Positions 1-5,340 of a DNA stretch of 64,000 bases are shown here, piece after piece (the stretch's first letter is position 1; every line of letters begins with the position of its first letter). The translations under genes were made by a program, and so were the position numbers. The notes under the pieces were generated by a model. That model did not search any database and was not told the DNA's origin. It saw only the letters and a program-made list of their open reading frames with translations. The stretch lies in the NCBI GenBank assembly GCA_964057225.1, contig OZ059897.1, positions 18,352,001 through 18,416,000 on the forward strand, written 5' to 3'. Source of the DNA: Auanema rhodensis (taxonomy: Eukaryota > Animalia > Nematoda).

Positions 1-1
1 T

Positions 2-364
2 AGAGACATTCAACCGGGCGACATGGTGATGACGACTATAAAATCACACCAAATCGGCCAAAAGCTTCGGAAAAGCTATGATGGACCATGCGAAGTCATC
101 AACGTAGAAGGATCAAAAGTTCAAATCAGAAATTCATCAGGAAAACTACAAGATATCCACAAAGATAACTTGAAAATCTTCTCTCCTGCTTCACAAAACA
201 TCTCTTACAACACTCGCGCAAGGTTTCGAGAAAGTCAAGCAGAAGAAGATAGCGACATCGAAATAATAGAAGTGATCAACAGGAACAACAAGGATAGCAT
301 AGATACAGAGCCAGAAGATGAAAATGAAGACGAAATATGGCTTCCGAGGAATGAAGAAGAATAA
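2..364 (+). CDS. pol: 3' end of Ty3/gypsy-type pol: integrase C-terminal GPY/F (SH3-like) domain followed by an acidic tail; 5'-partial
   Basis: The frame is open from base 2. RDIQPGDMV...QKLRKSYDGPCEVINV...VQIR...DIHKDNLK matches the typical pattern PGDxV...KL..xY.GP..V...(V/I)H.d.LK. Integrase lies last, followed by PPT and LTR, as in Ty3/gypsy order. Confidence 0.88.
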   Translation, partial: RDIQPGDMVMTTIKSHQIGQKLRKSYDGPCEVINVEGSKVQIRNSSGKLQDIHKDNLKIFSPASQNISYNTRARFRESQAEEDSDIEIIEVINRNNKDSIDTEPEDENEDEIWLPRNEEE

Positions 365-521
365 CAACAAGATAATGCTACGTTATTTAAATTATTGTAA
401 CAAAATAACGATGAATTAAAAAAAAAAAAAAAAAATTAATGCTAAATAACATTCAAAATAAAAATAGCATTTAATAGAGATTGAGAAAGGAAAAATAAGG
501 CAAATTCTAAACGAGGAGATG

Positions 522-774
522 TTATGACTAATGGTTCCAAGTTACCGTAATCCTATGCGGACTAGAGGACATTTTGACAACCATCCGAGCTCCATGTGCC
601 TCTCCAAATAAGATGAGATGAACACTGGTAGGCGTATCAACCACAATTTCATCTTAAGTGGTAGTCTCCATTAGTAATCAAGGATTCACTCTGGGAGACA
701 TATGGAGACACATTATTAAATCATAATCTCGGTTCAATTTAGAAATGAGTACTTCTTGAGACCATTAGTCAAAA
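522..774 (+). other. Predicted nested RNA stem structure in the element 3' UTR
   Basis: 522-541 pairs with 755-774 (18/20 including G-U). 590-604 pairs with 693-707 (14/15 including G-U). 609-618 pairs with 647-656 (10/10 including G-U). The stems are concentric. Confidence 0.55.
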
Positions 775-1058
775 TAATAACATATTCCCATTCATTACTA
801 GCCCCTTTATTCTACAATCTCTATTAGGAAATGCTTGAATATTAAGATAATTAATTTATGAAATTAATAATATTCTAATTCATCGTCCCTTCATATTATA
901 TTGAACCCTTCTTATAAATTATTGTAATTTTGTTTGTATACTAACTAAAACTCTATCATACTATAGTTATTGTGAAGCTAAAACAATTGAACTCTAAAAC
1001 TCAGTTACATATAAGCCCAAATTTTTGTTTAAAATATCGCGAGGTCGCGACAATCTTT

Positions 1059-1067
1059 GAAAAAGGG
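1059..1067 (+). promoter_or_regulatory. Polypurine tract (plus-strand primer)
   Basis: GAAAAAGGG ends 2 nt (CA) before the LTR start at 1070; short but in the expected position. Confidence 0.7.
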
Positions 1068-1069
1068 CA

Positions 1070-1435
1070 CGTTCCATTCGGAGACTCTATATATGTAACT
1101 GCAGGGTTAGAGCCAGACCGACTAGAGGAATGAGGAATGGCACCGCCTTCCCTCATGCCCCTATTCGGGAGTTCGCCCCTTTGCAAGCCCATGGACGGTT
1201 TGCATCTAACTTAGTTAATCTTATATATTAGTCTTTGTCTTGTAAATGTAGTTTACTTTATCCTTGTGTTAATGTATTGTAATGATATTGTATTGTGTAT
1301 AATAAACCTATATATTTCCTTATCTTATGTAATCCTTATGCTCTGTTTCCATACCGCTACACTTATGGAATACTATACGCGTAGTTGAGCAGACTACAAT
1401 GGTCTGTTCAATATACGTAGGAGCATAATGGAACG
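1070..1435 (+). repeat. LTR copy 1 (366 bp), shared between two tandem element copies
   Basis: Identical by eye to 4975-5340. It has a 9-bp terminal inverted repeat CGTTCCATT...AATGGAACG, TATATA near 1088, AATAAA at 1301-1306, a PPT on the left and a PBS on the right. Confidence 0.93.
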
Positions 1436-1448
1436 TGGAGGTTCCACC
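1436..1448 (+). promoter_or_regulatory. Primer binding site complementary to the 3' end of tRNA-Gln
   Basis: TGGAGGTTCCACC directly abuts the LTR end and is the reverse complement of the metazoan tRNA-Gln 3' end (...GGTGGAACCTCCA). Confidence 0.88.
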
Positions 1449-2396
1449 TCGAACTCATTTTTGTCGCAAAAACTCGCATAAAAAGTCCATATTTTGATAT
1501 CTAAATTAAAACTTCCTCCACGGTTAGCAACATAATGAGGGCGCCAACTTGTATAAGGTGCAGGTACAAGGGATCTCTCTTTTAGAGAGCTAGGACTACA
1601 TAATTTTGAAATTTCACCCGCTGTCCCCACTCATAAAACCGTCTGAGTGTCCACCCTTATAATACCGTATCCTGCACCGCTTCTCTTGCATTTTTTTTTG
1701 AGGACGTTTGGATCGAAATAGGGGACAATTTCACCAAACGAAATTTTGATTACATTATTATTTGGCAACGAGGAGTTAGAATGAAATTTTGAAAGCGCAC
1801 AAAGTTTAATATTTTATTGTGGTCAGGACTAGAGATTTGAAAGTTAAATTCAGGCGTAAAAGAGCATGCTAACTAAATATTTTTGCGGGAGCCGTTATTC
1901 GGTTTTTATTTTTTTTTTGATTGTGAGAATAGACCACACTAGTCCGAAAAATCCTGGCACAAATTTTATTGCCTGTCAGGTCATTTTGGCGAAAGCACAT
2001 GGGCTACGGATGTTTTCTTCTCCGTAGAATGTGTCACCTTCCTCAGCTCATTTTTGTTGCTAACATCATAAGATATTCCCACACACCTACCGTAGTATTC
2101 ATATTGTAATATTCTATAAATTAGTAGAATGGTTTAAAGAAAAAAATTGCGTTTTATAAACGAGCTTTGGTCTCAGTCCATTAGTAAAATGAGCAATCTT
2201 TTTAAATATTCTCGGAATCTCATTAGCATGCCAAAATCATTCCGAAAAAGAATCGCCCACGGCTTTTAATAATAACGTGCACATGAGCCATTTTCCCAAG
2301 GCGCACGCACTCCTTCTTTATTAATAAGCTCGACCAAAGTTTGTGTTATGGAAAAAAAAAAAAAAGAGAGAGAGAACAAATGAGTGAAATTAAGTA

Positions 2397-2402
2397 TTTA
2401 TT
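2397..2402 (-). terminator. Candidate polyadenylation signal of the antisense gene
   Basis: AATAAA lies about 16 nt after the stop codon, with a downstream (TC)n/T-run at 2375-2352 on the minus strand. Confidence 0.5.
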
Positions 2403-2418
2403 ATATATGAAACAATTG

Positions 2419-2952
2419 TTAAAAGCCCCATTTAAAATGCAACTGTCTCACAAATTCTATAGGCTGTGAGATGGGCTCATCGCTAGGCTCTAAATACTGC
2501 GAATACACCGAATCCGCAGAGGTCCTTAGCAATAAGCCCATAGGAGACTGTTCATAAAATAAATAAATTTTAAACAAAATTTTAGACATATAATCATAAA
2601 AATCATGAGACTTATGCTCATACCAATTCCAAGGGGATGCGACCAGATTTGGGTTTTCATACCAATGCGCGCACAAGTCGGTGAGGCACCATCGCCGGAT
2701 AGCTGCAACCTCATCCGCTATTTCCTGCATTAGGGAGAAGTTTACTAATCCCCTTCCCAGATAATGCATCTTTAAATCCTCAATAAACTAAAAATTCTTA
2801 TTAAGATAACATGTTTCTTTGTTTTAACCAACCATCTTAATTATGTCTGGGTGCGGCCTATAAGCTAACACTTCGTCTTGATCATACAAGACGAGGTCAG
2901 CGTACAGCTTCCTCAAGACAAAAGTCATTCCCGATAGACCTTCATAAGCCAT
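2419..2952 (-). CDS. Predicted two-exon antisense accessory gene, 162 aa, unknown function (exon 1 2952-2833, intron 2832-2788, exon 2 2787-2419)
   Basis: Exon 1 encodes MAYEGLSGMTFVLRKLYADLVLYDQDEVLAYRPHPDIIKM. A 45-nt phase-0 intron GTTGGT...TTTTTAG contains the in-frame stops. Exon 2 encodes FIEDLK plus the 116-aa track ORF. Minus-strand AATAAA lies at 2402-2397 just after the stop, followed by a U-rich tract. Confidence 0.68.
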
Positions 2953-3365
2953 TCTTTGATTTATTTTTTTTTTTCAGCTCTACAAATATAAAGATTCTTA
3001 TGCATAAAAAGGGGACATAAAACGACTGAAAATCTCTCTCATACTTTCAAGAATTCAATTAGAGTAAAGTATTAAGATTGAGGCTAGAAAGAGCGAAGAC
3101 CAAAAAAAATTTATAATTGATGAACATCTGTGAAATAGAATAAAGAAAAGAGAATACGGTAGATAGGCGGAGCCAGATCTCAGGCCAAGATTTTAAAACT
3201 CTTTCTCATCTAATAACGATTCTCGGCGAAAGACGCCACGTCTCAATCTTCAAACGTTTCTTACTTTTCCTATAACCGACCCGAATTTCTTGTCACTCAT
3301 TCAACGTCAACATCCCCCATATAACGAAACACTCGCGGTTTTTCCGAACCAAGAGTGATTCCAAA
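2953..3365. promoter_or_regulatory. Candidate internal divergent promoter region
   Basis: It lies between two head-to-head genes. Plus strand: TATAA at 3271-3275 and Inr-like TCATTC at 3297-3302, about 28 nt apart. A GC-box-like AGGCGGAGCC lies at about 3165-3174. Minus strand: TATAAAT at 3115-3109. Confidence 0.45.
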
Positions 3366-5003
3366 GTGGCACGAAGATACTCTTCGGCCGTCCCTGCTCT
3401 ATACCCTTCTGAGTCCAGTGACGACATCGCAGTCGCCAGTCGAACCAGAAGCCGCACTCGACTCCTCAGTGTTCAGATTGAAGAGCCTGAACAAGAGGTA
3501 AAACCCAAAGTCGAGAAAACCTTCATTCCTCGAGAAGGCACGTATTCACCTCCGGACAACACCGAGGAGGACCCTGATTTCTATATTCAGGACTACAATA
3601 TTCAAACTTCAGCTTCAACTCCAAAGATAATACCGCTTATAAAGGCCAGACGAGCTGTCAACCCTTCATATTCAATTATTGACTGGGTTTCAGCACATCC
3701 CGAGAAGTTTTATTTCTTCTTAAGAAGTCCCGTATCTGATAAATCCATACAACGTTTCCTTCAAACATACGAAATACACGACCCTGAGGAAGCAATACTT
3801 TATTTTCTTGCGCAAAAGGAACTGGCAGCAACCACTCGCGGCGCTATACGGTATTTAACCTCACAACAATTATTAGAACAGATAGGTGACAGATTAACAG
3901 CACACGAATTTGACGAAAAACTGCTAGAAAAAGACGGATCCTACCGTGAAAGAGCCGAAAGCATAGCGATGGAGTTAGCTTATACACCGGTAATATTTGA
4001 AAACAATCTGTCGGTACCATCAAGGCAAGAGGTTTTAAAATCCTTTGTGAACATGCCGCCGATCCGACCAACTCTAACAACTGACAATGCTGATGAGCGT
4101 ATAGTACTTAGAAACACTCTTTACTTATACCATAACTTGATGACATTGCGAGTAATAAGGCCAAATAAAACAGCAGCAGCCGTAGATGATGAAAAGTTCC
4201 GACAATTAACAATCAATGTGCCAGATACCAACAAATTATATCGAGATAAAGATTCTAACTACGGTATATCGATAGGGCCCCACCCTCGCATTCAAAACCC
4301 AAGCGCAGATACACGCCAGCTACTTATAAAAACATTTTTACCACTGTTAGAGGATATTGAAACACCGCCTTATCTGACTAGAAGACTGTCATTAACGACA
4401 ACAACGGACAAACCCGCTTCACTAGTTCAGGAGACAACTAAAAGCCATACGACTCGGATTCCGACGACAACCACAGTTGAGACGACAACAGCCGCGATAA
4501 CTACGACTCTCTCGCCAACAACATTAGCAACAGTCACTGACACGGCGTCACGAATCTTAAGGAAACAAAGAACATCATCTCCACCCGTAGAAACCAGAGA
4601 AATTCAGGCTCAGGCAACGTATACAGCGTCAAAAGTGAACAACGAAATACAATTCAACCTCAACGTATCTCGCAGAATAGCTCAAGATCATCTACAATAT
4701 ACAACAACACTCATACAAGAAGAGCTACAGAAACATTTCATGGAATCTTATGAATCCATATGTGAGATTCAAAATAGATACCTCGAGCTATGGCGTTCTA
4801 TTTTACACATAGAACCTACAATAGCAATGAGGACTATTTTAGGAAGAGAGGATATTGCAGCCCGTTTCGTAGGCAGCGATATAGTTCATGTTCATATATG
4901 CCTACCTCTTCAACCTAAAGCTGTTTATCATAATCATAAGATCAATGATACATTTTTCAAGGCAAAGACGATGGCGTTCCATTCGGAGACTCTATATATG
5001 TAA
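3366..5003 (+). CDS. env: Envelope-like protein with a herpesvirus glycoprotein-B-like (class III fusogen) domain III segment; C-terminally truncated, with the last ~16 codons supplied by satellite and LTR
   Basis: LQYTTTLIQEELQKHFMESYESICEIQNRYLELWRSILHIEPTIAMRTILGREDIAARFVGSDIVHVHIC (4692-4901) aligns almost without gaps to the gB motif LQF.Y..(20)..WC..Q......EL.KINP......I...P.AARF.GD......C. It is preceded by a Thr-rich linker (about 4395-4545) and a minimal furin-type site RKQR (4560-4571). The start is uncertain: GTG at 3366, first ATG at 3969. Confidence 0.75.
   Translation: MARRYSSAVPALYPSESSDDIAVASRTRSRTRLLSVQIEEPEQEVKPKVEKTFIPREGTYSPPDNTEEDPDFYIQDYNIQTSASTPKIIPLIKARRAVNPSYSIIDWVSAHPEKFYFFLRSPVSDKSIQRFLQTYEIHDPEEAILYFLAQKELAATTRGAIRYLTSQQLLEQIGDRLTAHEFDEKLLEKDGSYRERAESIAMELAYTPVIFENNLSVPSRQEVLKSFVNMPPIRPTLTTDNADERIVLRNTLYLYHNLMTLRVIRPNKTAAAVDDEKFRQLTINVPDTNKLYRDKDSNYGISIGPHPRIQNPSADTRQLLIKTFLPLLEDIETPPYLTRRLSLTTTTDKPASLVQETTKSHTTRIPTTTTVETTTAAITTTLSPTTLATVTDTASRILRKQRTSSPPVETREIQAQATYTASKVNNEIQFNLNVSRRIAQDHLQYTTTLIQEELQKHFMESYESICEIQNRYLELWRSILHIEPTIAMRTILGREDIAARFVGSDIVHVHICLPLQPKAVYHNHKINDTFFKAKTMAFHSETLYM
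4951..4974 (+). repeat. 24-bp satellite remnant left of the solo LTR, ending in the left TSD ATGG (4971-4974)
   Basis: CATTTTTCAAGGCAAAGACGATGG is an exact piece of the 351-bp monomer and continues in register at 5341 with ATGG repeated. Confidence 0.92.
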
Positions 5004-5340
5004 CTGCAGGGTTAGAGCCAGACCGACTAGAGGAATGAGGAATGGCACCGCCTTCCCTCATGCCCCTATTCGGGAGTTCGCCCCTTTGCAAGCCCATGGA
5101 CGGTTTGCATCTAACTTAGTTAATCTTATATATTAGTCTTTGTCTTGTAAATGTAGTTTACTTTATCCTTGTGTTAATGTATTGTAATGATATTGTATTG
5201 TGTATAATAAACCTATATATTTCCTTATCTTATGTAATCCTTATGCTCTGTTTCCATACCGCTACACTTATGGAATACTATACGCGTAGTTGAGCAGACT
5301 ACAATGGTCTGTTCAATATACGTAGGAGCATAATGGAACG
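4975..5340 (+). mobile_element. Solo LTR (366 bp) inserted in the satellite with a 4-bp TSD ATGG
   Basis: Identical to 1070-1435 and flanked by ATGG at 4971-4974 and 5341-5344. Satellite lies on both sides; there is no PPT or PBS. Confidence 0.9.

Larger units (their letters stand above)
1..1435 (+). mobile_element. 3' part of an upstream LTR retrotransposon copy (integrase end, 3' UTR, PPT, LTR)
   Basis: Integrase C-terminus at 2-364, about 700 bp non-coding, purine tract at 1059-1067, LTR at 1070-1435. Confidence 0.85.
1070..4950 (+). mobile_element. 5' part of a downstream LTR retroelement copy (LTR, PBS, leader, antisense gene, env-like ORF), truncated by satellite at about 4951
   Basis: LTR and PBS are followed by 3.5 kb of internal sequence that switches abruptly to satellite sequence at 4951; there is no PPT before the second LTR. 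Confidence 0.8.

Noticed and set aside
418-435. Poly(A) run as the tail of a non-LTR retroposon
   Set aside because: There is no TSD or associated element, and similar A/T runs occur throughout the element's non-coding DNA.
1070-1435. MITE or DNA transposon, suggested by the terminal inverted repeats
   Set aside because: The adjacent PPT and tRNA-Gln PBS and the internal TATA/AATAAA identify it as an LTR.
1001-1630. Minus-strand ORFs 1001-1192 and 1394-1630
   Set aside because: They are short, cross LTR boundaries and have no recognisable motifs.
1960-2300. Possible second spliced antisense gene (about 43-codon open stretch followed by AATAAA, TACTAAT..TAG acceptor-like site)
   Set aside because: I could not find a donor and upstream ATG exon that join in frame without a stop.
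2526-5136. ORFs 2526-2714 (-), 3844-4080 (-) and 4888-5136 (+)
   Set aside because: They are shadow frames overlapping better-supported ORFs; the last spans the env/satellite/LTR junction.
1070-5340. A single intact element bounded by the two identical LTRs
   Set aside because: The outer flanks share no TSD (GGCA versus ATGG). LTR2 has its own TSD with satellite on both sides and no PPT, and LTR1 has a PPT upstream.
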